Source: Vicugna vicugna (Eukaryota). From it: 64,000 nucleotides of DNA. The stretch lies in NCBI GenBank assembly GCA_013265495.1, contig MU058384.1, positions 6,406,956-6,470,955 on the forward strand, read 5' to 3'. Positions within the stretch are counted from its first letter, which is position 1. Each line of letters opens with the position of its first letter. Made by a program: the position numbers and the translations under genes. Below are positions 49,601-62,132 of this stretch, one piece after another. The notes beneath the pieces were generated by a model. The model was not told the origin of the DNA. It was given only the letters and a program-made list of their open reading frames with translations, and did no database searches.

Positions 49601-52484
49601 CATTAAACAGAGCATTACTGTTTGACCAAGCAATGCAACTCCTAGATTGATACCCAAAAGAAATGAAAACATATGTCCACATAAAACTTCTACATGAATG
49701 TTGATAGCAGCATTATTCACAATAGTCAAAAAGTGGAACCAGCCCAAGTGACCATCAACTGATGAATAGATAAATAATGTGATATAGCCACACAATGGAA
49801 TATTATTTAGCAATAAAAAGTAATGAAGTATCAATAAATGCTGTGACACAAATAAGCCTTGACAGCATTACACTACATAGAAGAAGCCAGTCACAAGAAC
49901 TTCATATTGTATGGTTCCATTTATATGAAATGTCTTGAACAGGCAAACCTATAGAGATGAAAAGTATTATATTAATACTTAAAAGTATTATATTAATGCT
50001 TTCCAGGGGCAAGGGGATAGAATGATGGGCAGTGACTGCTAATGTATATGGAGTTTCTTTTTGGGGTGCTGAAAATACTTTGGAATTAGATAGTGGTAAT
50101 GGTTGTATAACTTTACCAATATACTAAAAACCACTGAATTGCACAATTTAAAATGGTGAATTTTATGATCTATGACATGTCTAAAATTTTTTTAAGAATT
50201 CTGTAAACTTTCCAATTCTGATCACAATCAGTCATTGCCAAGAGAATTGTCTTCCCACTGTCAATCACTGTAAACATGGATAAAAGTTGTGATAGAGACT
50301 TTCAAGGCACTAGGCAACAGATGGGGAAGAGATGTCATTTTTGAGACAATGGAAAAGTATGAGATGTCTCATCTCTTCTCTTGAGCATATGAAGGTGGAG
50401 CCCTAATAAAACTTAGTGATTTTGTACAGCTGAGGAGGCAGTTATCTGATTTCAGAGGAGTAGAAGGTGAAATTGGAGAGGCAGTTTCCCCATATTGAGG
50501 AAGTTACTCAGATGCATGGGGATAAGTATGCATGGAGGTTCCATGGCTTCCTTGGCTGTGGTCTGGACTCCGCATGCACAAGGTAAGACTTCATGAGGAC
50601 CAACAGAGAATACCTCCTGTGTGGCAGAGCAGTGAATGAAGATTTCAGAGTATGTTCTGTGTTAGGAGGGTGGAAAGAATGGGGGCAAGAGAGGAAAAAT
50701 GAGTTGAAGAAGAGAAGATACAGTCAGATATACTGCATAACAACAATGACCATAAGCATGACAAGCTTTAATTTTTCAAGCGAGTAAACAAAACTAAAAA
50801 TGTATTAAATAATCATTAAGTTATTGACAATGTCAATCCATAAAAAATTAAGAAAAATCAAAATAAATACCTACTAAGTTCCATATTCAAAATACTCATT
50901 GTGAAGACCACCCTATAGAGTGAAAAATAATAAGGAAGGTAAAGTCTAAACATTTGGTAGAATCTACTTCGTTTCACAGATTCTTTTTTTGTGGGATGAT
51001 GGGTTGAGAGAATAAGAGTAATAGGGAGAAGGAAGAGAAATTCTAAGATAATTTATACCCAATAAATTATTCTCCAGAACAGACTTCTTCCAGAAATACA
51101 TATGAAAGATCAATTTCATTAGTCCATTCACATAGATGGAATCCTTGGTTTAGAGTCAAACTTGGGTAAGTTATACTAAAAGCACTACTCAATTTTAAAA
51201 TAAGGGATTTATGTCCACAAAGGTGTGAATCACTCTTTCCCAGTTAATATCTCACCCTTCTGTCCTTTCTATTTGAGTGAAGAATACATCTGTCAATTGC
51301 AAACATTTATTCACCTATTGGCTGAACAAAAGGGCCAGTTGAAAATGAGGTTAGGAAAAACATGAGCCTGGTCTTATCACATTAACAAGTGATTTTAAAA
51401 ATTGTTTTAACCTTGTAGTACGTGGTTAGTCATCACCATGTGCACCACTAACTCAAACTAGATACTTGTTCTTTTGCCAAATAATGTCACTTTAAATGTG
51501 TGCAAATATCAATATCACTGTGAAATTTAGGACCTAAATTCTGACAAGGTGTGACCATATGCATGGTAATGAAATTTCATCTGTGCCCTTAAAATTTCTC
51601 CTCTAAAGATGCTTTATTTTAGAAGAAACGGAACCCACTTAAGTTTAAAATATCCATTCAAGACAGCTATGAAAAAATAAACTCGACTGAAAAAATCCTA
51701 GCTCTAAGTATATATGAATTTGTTATTCACTGTAATTCATTGGTAATGTTTTCTAAGGGGCTAAAATTTTTAATACATTATGTATGAGAAAGCAAAGTTT
51801 CACTGTGTTGTATATTAGGTTAATCCCTTTAAAATAAATACTAGACAGTGAAATTCATCACAATATGCCTCCATTTAACATTTTCCTGCAGCTAATGTTC
51901 ATTTTTTAAAGAGCTGGCTGAGGGCCCAAAGAGGATCATGTAACACTGAAAAAAAACCCAGATCCCTGGAAAACATTATAGAGACATTCCACGTATTTAA
52001 TTTAAAAAAAAATTATGTTTGTCAAATTGTTAGCCATCTATTAGACTGTGCACTCTGAATATACCACCATTTTCAAGTGTTGATAATACATCTTATTGGC
52101 CTTCCCACTAGCCAAGAGTTCCTGGTAAAATATTTTCCTACCACATAAGCCACTAGTCATCAACCATGTCAAACAATATTTTCAATTTGGATAATGAAAT
52201 TCTAAGTTGACTATACTCAATAAATAACCAAGAGATATACAATGTTAATCATATAATATTTTAAGCATATTTAAATCAACTTACATAGCATACTCAAAAC
52301 TTTAATATGGATCTCACATATGTAAATCTATTATGTAAATCTAACCTACTATGTTTTACAAAAGTATAATTTTTAACTCTGTCTTATCCAAAATGGAATT
52401 TAATTGCCTATATGTATTTAAAGACTAGGAACAGAAATCTTCTTTTAAAAATATAAAATAAATTAACTTAAGCTCTGTTCTCTT

Positions 52485-53015
52485 TGATAGATAAAGATAC
52501 ATAATACAAAATCTACTACTTTAATCATTTTAAATGTACAGTTCAGCGGTATTAAGTGCATTCACACTATTGTGAAACCATCATCACCATCTATCTACAA
52601 AACCATTTTTATCTTCTTAAACTGAATCTGTACCCATTAAACAATAACTCCTCATTACTCACTCCTGCCCATACCAGAAAGTACATTCTACTTTCTGTCT
52701 CAATGAATTTGACTAATCTAGATACTAATCCTCATATAAGTGGAATCGTACAAAATTTATCCTTTTGTGGCTATAGAGTTCATCCATTTTGTAGCATGTG
52801 TCAGAATTTTCCTCCTTTTTGAGGCTAAATAATGTTGCATTGTATGCATATGCCATATCTGTTTATTCGTTCATCCACCATGGGACACTAGGGTTGCCTC
52901 TACCTTTTGATTATTGCGCATAATGCTGCTATGAACAAGGGTGTACAAATATTCATTCAGGCCCTTGCTTTCAATTGTTTTGAGTATTACCCAGAAGTGA
53001 AATTTTTGGGTTCTT
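52485..53015 (-). mobile_element. L1 (L1MB-like) 3'UTR fragment
   Basis: TTTTAAATGTACAGTTCAGCGGTATTAAGTGCATTCACACTATTGTGAAACCATCATCACCATC...AATGCTGCTATGAACAAGGGTGTACAAATAT. Confidence 0.87.
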
Positions 53016-54109
53016 TGTGATTTATTTTTAATGATTTCTCATGTCTATCCATAGGCTTATTTCATAGTTTAAAGGTGGTTGTTGCTGTTTTGAGGGATGT
53101 AGTGTCACCATATCCTCCCCTTAGAGTCTTCATGGTCAACATACTTCCTTTCTATGTCTCCTTACCCTGGAAGTGTTGATAAGATTTCTTACAAAACAAT
53201 AAAAAAAGGTTTCTTAAGGTGGTCTACTATCATTGACCTATTTATAAATTCTGAATATTCATTTTGCTTAAGGAGACTTCCACTTTAGTTTCTGGAAGAA
53301 CCTTGAAAAAAATCCAAAACATGTCCATTCCCTAGCTTTCGTGTAGACCTCATCCTGATTCAATGTAACTCTCTTCGACTGCAGATCATAGAGGATACAA
53401 TTTCAAAGCCTTCCTCATCAGTCTCTTCCTATGTTCAAGTCTCTCAAGAAAAGATTCTAAACACCTAAATAACATCTAATTTTGCTGTTATTCTTCCTAC
53501 TCCGCTTTTCCCCTATCCCCTCCATTCACTCCTTTTCATCCTGAACTCCACATCACTCCCAAAATGTACACACTGATCTTTGGAAATTGATCATCATGTT
53601 ATCTCTTCTTGGAAGTCCTTCCTCATCTACCAGGATGATTACAATTTCCTTGTCTGGAAAATTAGGGGAAAATGTCCTTCTTCCATTGATTCATTGTGTA
53701 AAAATATATGCTTACATACTATCTAAGGCACATGGCAAGTTCTCAGTAAATACTGGTTGTTGTTACCAATGAAAACAAATTAAGAGGGGATGAAAAACAG
53801 TTGCTTCATATCTTTAAAGTTTTCCGCATGTAAAAAAATTACCATTTAGTCAAACCTTATTTTTGTTTTCTTTTTAAATAAAATTCACTTTCTTACGATT
53901 TACTCATCCTAAGCAATCGTACCCAAATCTTCACAGAATCATCCTCATCTACATCAGCTGTACAGCCCTAAAACTGAAATTATTTCCAAATCTGAGAATG
54001 AAAAATGACAAATACAATTGGAGATGGGAAGAGGAGAGATGCTAATTTATATTAATTAATTCTTTTCCATCTTAATGATGCTTGTTCTCTGGTAATCTGT
54101 TGACATTGT

Positions 54110-54285
54110 TCTTCTTAGTCTTTTTTGGGGGGTCACAGACCTCCCCTTTGCAAATATTATGAAAATTATGGGTTATCTCTCACCTCCCCAAAAATTCACA
54201 CTCACAATTTTGTATTAAAAATTGGGAGATGTATGGACCCCTTGAATGTTCCAGGAGAGTCCACAGATCACAGATTAACACTGAA
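54110..54285. mobile_element. hAT-Charlie MITE (MER103-like) remnant
   Basis: GGGGTCACAGACC..CCTTTGCAAATATTATGAAA...CACAATTTTGTAT...ATGGACCCCTTGAA. Confidence 0.55.
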
Positions 54286-56248
54286 TATTGTATAATATAA
54301 ATATAGTAAGTCTCTAATTATTCTGTTTTCCTCTGAAATACACCTCAGGTTTTTTTTGCCCCAGCATTTTACCCCTTTCTCCTACTTCCTGTATTCACCT
54401 CAATATTGTTTTTAATGGTTAGGCCAAGGCCGATTTAGCCAAATGCTCTAGACACTGCAGAGCACAGGAGGGAAAAGGCAGGAATTATGCTTGTGGATAA
54501 GACAGTTATCTCTCTTCCCTCACACTTGTATAACCAGTGTGAGGAAAATCCTCTTTAGGCACAAAGACAGCACATTTAAAAAATGTTAAATTCCTGAATG
54601 TATTTGAAAATTCTAAAACATAGGAAAATTAAAAGTTCTGAAGTCATGTAATAGTTTAGAAAATTAACTTCAATCCAGTTTCCTTCTAAAAAAGATTTTG
54701 ACGAGACTACAGAAAACTTTGAACTAATTTGGTAGACTTTGTAATTTTTTTGTGCGGTATTAAAATAGATTAGCTAACAATCTAATTAAGGTAGACTAAA
54801 TTTGATTAATCCAAGGGCTTCATGTTGTAACAGTCATATGCATATGTTTATAGGTGATCTGCCTTATTTGAAAGCAAAAGCCAAAACTACTGAGAACAAA
54901 GGAAATATACATGATACCTTCCCCCCCATGATGAACAAAGCAATTTAATTCTAAATCAAATACATTGGTTACCAAAAAGTCCTAACAATTTTATCCTAAG
55001 GTGCTTTAATTTTAACTTTGGTCTTTATTAATTGCAACTTTAACTTCGGTGTGATCGTAACTGACCTTATTATATTATATTTGATTGGTTGTGCCTTATT
55101 CTCCAATACTCAGAAAGTCCTTCAAAGAGTGTTTGCAAATTGTCAAGCATCCCTAATTTTCTACTTGTGTAGATTCAGAAGTTGTAAGTTCTGTATCATC
55201 AGCGGCGAGTCAGATGCACTAATGCTCTTGAGTAATAGACATGTAGAGCCGTTAGGGACTCAAGGTATCATTGAGAAGGATCTTGACAATATGAATAAGA
55301 ACATAAGGAGACTGCTTCCAGTCAAGCTGCAAAATAATTGATGAACAGAGGGGAAGGAAGAAAGGAAGTAATTGAACTGTAAATGCTGAGAGATCATCTA
55401 ATTTCACCTGCTTATTCTGTAAGTGAAAAAATGAAAAGCATGAAGTAACTGATTACTCTTAGATTAGGAGTGGGGACATGGTTTAAGGGGAAAATTAGTC
55501 ATCTGAGACTCAAGAAACCTGAATTCCAGACTTAAATTTGCCATTAATATTGGGCAAGATAGTTTTTCTGTCTCAGTTGCCACAAATGTTAAATGAGAGG
55601 ATTGGGTTAGAATTCCATGATGCTAATCTTTAACTAGGCTGTTTAATTCCCAGGCTAATGCTATTTCCTCTGAATATTGAATTCTAAATATGAGCAGAGT
55701 AAATATGGTGGTCTTTACCATCAAGTTAACATCAGGAAGTTCTGGTTATAATAATAATTATAACTCAATGTTAACTATTATAGGACAGATAATATGATGT
55801 ATCCTTTAAAATATATTAGATAAGTTATAGTTTTTCAAGTTATTAAGCACATTCAGTTGTTTTCATTTTTAACAATAGACACAATTATTTATTTTTAAAA
55901 CTATACTAAGTAGTTACTATCACCCACATTTGTTGGTCCTGGAGATACAGCAGTAAACAATATAAAAAAGGACCCTATCCTAAAGGATAGACAATTGAGA
56001 ATATTTAAATTAAAAAAAAGATATTCTCAGAGTGTGATAATTTCTTTTAAAGAAATAAAAGAATGACTTTTCTAGAGAATATTGGTTGATGTGACTGTAG
56101 GGTGAGAAGATGTTGCTGTAGATTGGACAGTCACTTCCAAAAGGAAGCAACTTGGGCTAAAGTATACATTGTGAGAATAAATCAGTTATGCTGAGAGGCA
56201 CAGGGATAGGAAGATGTAAAAGTCACACAGAAGGAAAAATGAAAGGTA

Positions 56249-56340
56249 GAGGGAAGAGTATAACTCAGTGGTAGAGTGTGTGCTTAGCATGCATGAGGTC
56301 CTGGGTTCAATCCCGAGTTCCTCCATTGAAAAAAAAAAAA
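56249..56340 (+). mobile_element. tRNA-Ala-derived SINE, short form, inserted in an L2 remnant
   Basis: GAGTATAACTCAGTGGTAGAGTGTGTGCTTAGCATGCATGAGGTCCTGGGTTCAATCC plus poly(A), with TSD AAAAGTCACACAGAAGGAA / AAAAGTCATACAGAAGGAA. Confidence 0.92.
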
Positions 56341-58719
56341 AAGTCATACAGAAGGAATGAGCTTGCTCTTCAAGGAACAGAAAGAAGGCCAGCGTGGCTT
56401 GATATGGGACAACCAGGACCAGCTTGGAGAACAAGTTAGGAGTTTCCACTGAAATACTGATTTATAACAACTAAGAGCATTTAAACATTGATATAAATGT
56501 ATTCAAGGGGAATTTTTGCTTAAAATCCAAACTGACGCTAGATACTTCTGCCTTCTATGGGGTGTGAGTGTGGGGAGAGCAGTGTGCATTTGTGTGTGTG
56601 TGTGTGTGTGTGTATTTGGGCATGAATATTTCTTAAGAGTTTAGTAAAACTTTCCTGCACTCCTCACCTCCCCTTGTAGAGACTGGGGAAGGACAGAGAA
56701 TGGTAGTAACTGAAGCAGATGCTTAGAATTATGTTGTGAATCTTTACATGTGCCCTGGAAACTGCGAGCTGAGTTTGGGGTTGGAATTATCCTATCAAGG
56801 AAAAGAGGGTGTTCGGTCCATGTGATATATGGCTGGGGGCCAACACACTTTTAAGTAGAGAATCACCAACGTGCAGAATCAGGTCATTGCTATGTAAACT
56901 GTCTCAGTCTTGCCAAACTTTCAGTAAAGTCAGCTCCACTGAAAGATAAATTTTTCTGAGCAGATTTGCTTTTTTTTTTTTTTTAAGGAATGAAGGAAAA
57001 GGGTTGAGTTCCATGTTTGAACTCATGCAAAGCAGAAAGGATGAAACTGATACAGGAGTGGGACTCAGAATCCTGTGAAATCTGGTATTTGAGGCCAGAA
57101 GATACCATGAAAATATATATCTGCAGGAATGCACAGAAATCTTAGGAAGACAACTGGGGTGGGTGGCTTTAGCTGGCATATAAGTTACCATTATTTATTT
57201 GTGCATTCATATTCTGTATCTCATCACTATGAGAAAAAAATAATTGGAGGAGGGAGACAGAAAGAGAGACTAACTTCTTTCTTGGAAAGGATACGTGTTC
57301 ATGATACCAAAACATCCAATGGGGGATAAAAAAGTGTTAGTGTTTAATATGAAGTAGTCAAAATAATTGGCTCACTGGTTAAGTTTTTCACTTCCCAACC
57401 ACTTGCTATGGCATAACATAGACACGGTTCAAAAATAAATATTTAAGGGTAGAACTACACTTACTTTATTCTAAATTCTGAAAAGTTCATAAACATGTTT
57501 ATACTTTTATCAGCAAGAATCCATGGGAATGACTTGTCCCATGTGCCCTAGGATTCTGGAGTTTTAAGTGGGCCAGAGTTTTGAAGTGTTGAAAGATATT
57601 ATAAAGCACTTACAAGTATTCAGCTGGTCAGACTGCTCAATTAACTGAACATTTATAAACCTCAAATTTTTGACAGAGCATGATTCATGTAGGAACGACC
57701 CTTGGACAACAGATGGCTTTATTGTAGGTATGCTTGAGAGAAAGCATACAAGGCAATGTGATTTGGAGGAAATAAAAATGGAACTTAGAAAGCAAAATTG
57801 AACTTAGAAGCATGGGTTGCACTCTTAAAAAAGGAAATTATTGAAAACTTCAGCTGATATTTTTTGATAGAGTGTTTTAAAAAAATGTTTACTTAAGAAT
57901 ATTCAAGACATTCATTTATGGGACATACCACTAAAAAACAGAACATAACTAATATCTAGTTAATATCTAGGCAACTCATACTAACTCATAATACAAACCT
58001 CAATTAATTATTTAGAAAACAAAGTAATAGGGTTTGTGGAGTAAGAACTGAAATGCTAACTAAAATGCTAAATCCACAGCATTTTAGCTTCTTTCTTTCC
58101 CTTTTCTATTCTTTTCTTTTTTCTTTTTTCGGTAGCTATGGGCTGCTTATATTTTGGTGAGTGTTTTAAAGAAGTATTTATTCAAAGCTATATTTTAGAA
58201 TATTTTTACTACTAAAATATATCAAATTTTAATTAAGAGGGTTTTATTAGTTTTCTAAAGGAGAAACAAAAGATGACGCGTTCATCTAAATAGAAATATT
58301 ACTTTCAGGTATGAGCAGTTCAAAAAAAATCAAGTTAATATTACATAGAAATTCACTTTGGACAAAGAAACATCAGATTCTAAAGAATGCTTTACACGAA
58401 TCCATAGAATAAATGCAAAATTTTCTTCTCATGTGAAGCCAGTTATGTACAAATTATATTGGTGCAACTCTTTCCTTTCTTTTCCCTTCCTTTCTTTCTC
58501 TCTTTCTCTCTCTCCCGCCCCTCCTTTTTTAACTTCCTAGTAACACAAATCTACTCACATTAGTAGGAAAAAAATTTCCTGGAACTGAGCAAGTAAACAA
58601 TTTCTCCTAGAGGAAAAAGAAAGGAAAAGAAAAAGAAAGGAAAAAAAACCCCCACAACTTCAAATAAAACAACAACAAACCCCTAAATTATATAACGGCA
58701 ACTTCTCTCCAAGGAGGAG

Positions 58720-59100
58720 CTGCAAACACAGAATCGTAAGGATCACGTCAAACAGTCTCATGACATCCTGTGACGTAAAAAGAACAGGTACTGGTACCCT
58801 TCCGCCTTGAAGCGTTTCTAGGAGAGTGGCTATCCCACGCCAGAGAGGAGTGCTGCCAGTGAGTAACTTTCCTCTTCCCCGAGTCCCGCGGCCCTGAGAA
58901 AGTGAGCCGGGGGCACCGGGCGCGCGGGCTCAGCTCTCCATCCCGCGCCCAGGCTGAGACGTGGCTCCTGACCCGCCAGCGCTGCCCCAGCTCCCTGGGG
59001 ACCCGCGATCGGGGGGAGGGGAGCCGGTGCTCCTGGCTCTGCCCGCGCTCACCGCAGAACTGCGTCCTCCTAGCCACTTAGAAGAGCTGCCCATCCGTGG
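58720..59100. promoter_or_regulatory. Small CpG island; candidate promoter or enhancer
   Basis: Abrupt GC/CpG-rich patch with CRE-like ACGTCA (58745-58750) and TGACGTAA (58771-58778), and donor-like motifs on both strands. Confidence 0.7.
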
Positions 59101-59614
59101 TTCAGGAGGGCCAGGGGCAGTGTATGAAAGTGATTAGATTTTCTACACTTACTCCTCCCATTTTATAGACGGACAGCCAGACTTCTGACTATACCAAATT
59201 GGCAACAGGTGAAAATAGAACACAGTCCTTGAAATTCAGTACTCATTACTTCCTCTCGACTGCTACTTAATTATTAAAGGCATAATAAAGGATTCCTAAT
59301 GATCAACTTTTCTAAAATAAATATGAAAAAAATTAACAATGAAAAACCAGTAAGGAAACAAAAAGGAATTAGTTTATACATTTCCCCCCCTTTACTTAGT
59401 CATTTCCCCCTTAACACTATTAAGCAGGAGACAATTTTTGCAGACTAGTCATTCTTGACAAACTTACACAAACTGTAAATGTGCACTCTAATATTCTTGT
59501 GCTTAGCTGGTCCTTATTACAATTCTGGAGAGTAAATTATTATTTTTTTATTATCCTCATTTTATAGATGAACTTGAAGTTCCAAGAAAATAATTTATCA
59601 AAAATCAAACTGCT

Positions 59615-59751
59615 GGGAGAGGGTATATAGCTCAGTGGTACAGCACATGCTTAGCATGTATGAGTCCTGGGTTCAATCCGCAGTACCTCCATTAACACAT
59701 ACATACATGCATGCATACATACATACGTACATAAATCTAATTACATCCCCC
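59615..59751 (+). mobile_element. tRNA-Ala-derived SINE, long form, inserted in a MIR
   Basis: SINE head and a TACA-repeat spacer, with a perfect 14-bp TSD AAATCAAACTGCTG (59602-59615, 59752-59765). Confidence 0.94.
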
Positions 59752-61373
59752 AAATCAAACTGCTGAACAGACTACAGTTAAATTTAAATACAGAACTTCT
59801 GACTCTAAATTACATTTCATTTCCTTTAATCATGCACCTATAACTAATGAATCTAAGTGTTTTTCTAAAAAATAATTCATTATAAAACCTGTTATCAGCC
59901 CAACAGGGGCACATGCTAAAAGTATAATTCTTGAGTAATTTTCAGAAAGACCTTATAAAAATGTATCAGTGCACTGAAGATCATTGTTTACACATGCAAA
60001 ATACTTTTTTCAATGTACACAATTTGAATGACCCAATAAATCAGAAAAAGATCATACTTTAACGTCTTAGACATTCACTATTAATTTCTTAACCCTTTTC
60101 TTTAGACATTTTTTTCTTTTTATGGTTTGAAGAATGAGAAAACCCGGTAAGAAATTCAGCTGTTACAAGAAAAACTAAACTAAAAGAAGAAATCAAGAGT
60201 GAAAATGAAAGACAGAAATCTAACAATGGCACTAGTTTCCTTTTATCATGTTGATTTAGTAGAGGGGAATAATGAAATATTGTGCTAGATGGGTACAAAT
60301 ATTATTTGTATGATATAAATCATTAGTAAATATTATTTATACAAGAATGAGCTAAAATTTGGCATTGGCTAAAAATGTTGTCCACTAATGAATTTTTAAA
60401 CAAATGCAACACACATTATTACTAATAGAAAATACAATTAAAATGCAGAACACAGTTAACTAGCAAGCATATAATAGTCCACAAATTACTTACAAGGACA
60501 CGTTAAGCCCTGTGGAGGCTTCTGCTGTCTTCTTCCCGTGAGATATTCGTTGGCACAGTATGGATGTTTTTTGCCCTCCTGCTAAATGCTCCATGACTTT
60601 CGTACTAAGACTGAATGTAAATTATTTTGGTCAAATATCAGAACTGTCATAATTATGATTTTGAGTCTCATGCAAATTAATTACAACGTCAAGCAGTGAC
60701 ACAGACTAAAATAGCAAGAGCTGCTGGTGATCTAAAACGACTCACAGCATGTCCCAGCGAGTACTTGGCCAGGAGCACATGTCGCTTAAAAAAAGCACAT
60801 AACCCTTTAGACCCAACAGTCAATTAAGGCCTTGGTAGAAATGTCAACCGTTAAGTATGAAAAGACCTTTCAATTATTTATATACAATCTTCCTCTAATT
60901 AGTGAGACCTGATTTTATTTTTTTTCCCCCTTCTTTTCTCAAACAGGACCATATGGGATCATGTTTGGAGGGCAGCTGCTTTGTTAAAGAAAGAGAAAAA
61001 ATGAGAGTGAGAGTGAGTGAGAAAGAGAACGAGCAAGAAAGACAGACAGGTAGTTTTTCTCGTCAAGTATACCCATGATTCTTCTAGAGTTGGGATGAGT
61101 AAATGCCTATCAGCTTAGCAGTCTTTAAAGATTTGCAAGGAACTTTGCCAGGGGCTCTGCATTGATGATATAAAACAATAAGACATTTTCAGAAGGGTCT
61201 GGCAAAGTATAAACATAATCAGAGTCTGATGTTGCAGGCTATCGATGCCTGGTTGGAATAAGTGCGATCCTCTACTCTACCTTTATTTGATTGTTGTGTT
61301 GCTTGTTGACTAACTATAATAGGACTTTAAAATATGTATATTGATTTAAATATGCTATAGTCAAATGGTTGGC

Positions 61374-61560
61374 TTTTTTTTCTTTTTTATTGAAGTATAG
61401 TCAGTTTACAATGTTGTGTCAAATTCTGGTGTACAGAATAATGTTTCAGTCATACACATATATATACATATATTCCTTTTCATATTCTTCTTCATTATCG
61501 GTTACTATAAGACATTGAATATAGTTGCCTGTGCTGTACAGTAGAAACTTCTTGTTTATC
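61374..61560 (-). mobile_element. Younger L1 3'-end fragment
   Basis: TTTTATTGAAGTATAGTCAGTTTACAATGTTGTGTC...TCTGGTGTACAG...ATTGAATATAGTTGCCTGTGCTGTACAGTAG; same family as the 44361 and 49178 copies. Confidence 0.88.
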
Positions 61561-62132
61561 CAAGGATATCTTTAACTTACTTTGTAAAGCAGTTTTGAAA
61601 GGATTTTGAAATACTTGAATAGAATTGACTCTGGAAAAATGTAAATCCTGTCCAATCTCTAATATCAGTCTGTAGTCGAAGTATCTTTGGAACATGGTTT
61701 GGGAAAATTTTCATAAGAGTGAATGCTCATTTTTATTCCATTAAAATTGACAGTAATAACATAATAAAATTTCATTTTGCTGAAATTCTAGTTTTACTTC
61801 TGGATTTGAGAATATCAGCCTCTGGAGTAATGAATATTAAGTATCTTTCTAACTGCATTAACTCCATAATATAACTTTAAAGGTGTTTTTAGGTAGTCAA
61901 ATTATGAGTAGAGACTTGGACTCATTTATATGTTTAAAAGTAGAATTAAAAAACATATTGACTTTCAGAACTTGATTTACTTGTATTTATTCATTTAAAA
62001 ATATTAACTTGGAATTTGCACATGGGGATTTCCAAATGAGGTAGCAGGCATATGATATTTCTCCAGCAGTTTTTACACTGTGCGAACAGTAAGTAAGAAA
62101 GAGTGACATAAAAGAAAACACTAAGAACTGTT

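Larger units (their letters stand above)
47832..50190 (+). mobile_element. Large decayed L1 (ORF2 RT region to 3'UTR), host to nested insertions
   Basis: AAAAGGCATTCAGATTAGAAAAGAA...GATGACATGATCTTATAT (the decayed FADD-motif region)...AAATGGAAAGACATCC...GGACTCACACTTCCTG...3'UTR TAGATAGTGGTAATGGTTG...CCACTGAATTG. Many stops and frameshifts. Confidence 0.93.

Noticed and set aside
21978..60884. Assigning a gene symbol from the promoter architecture (e.g. LIFR-like two-promoter spacing)
   Set aside because: No coding exon lies in the window, and the exon sequences did not match what I recall for the candidates; a BLAST search is needed.
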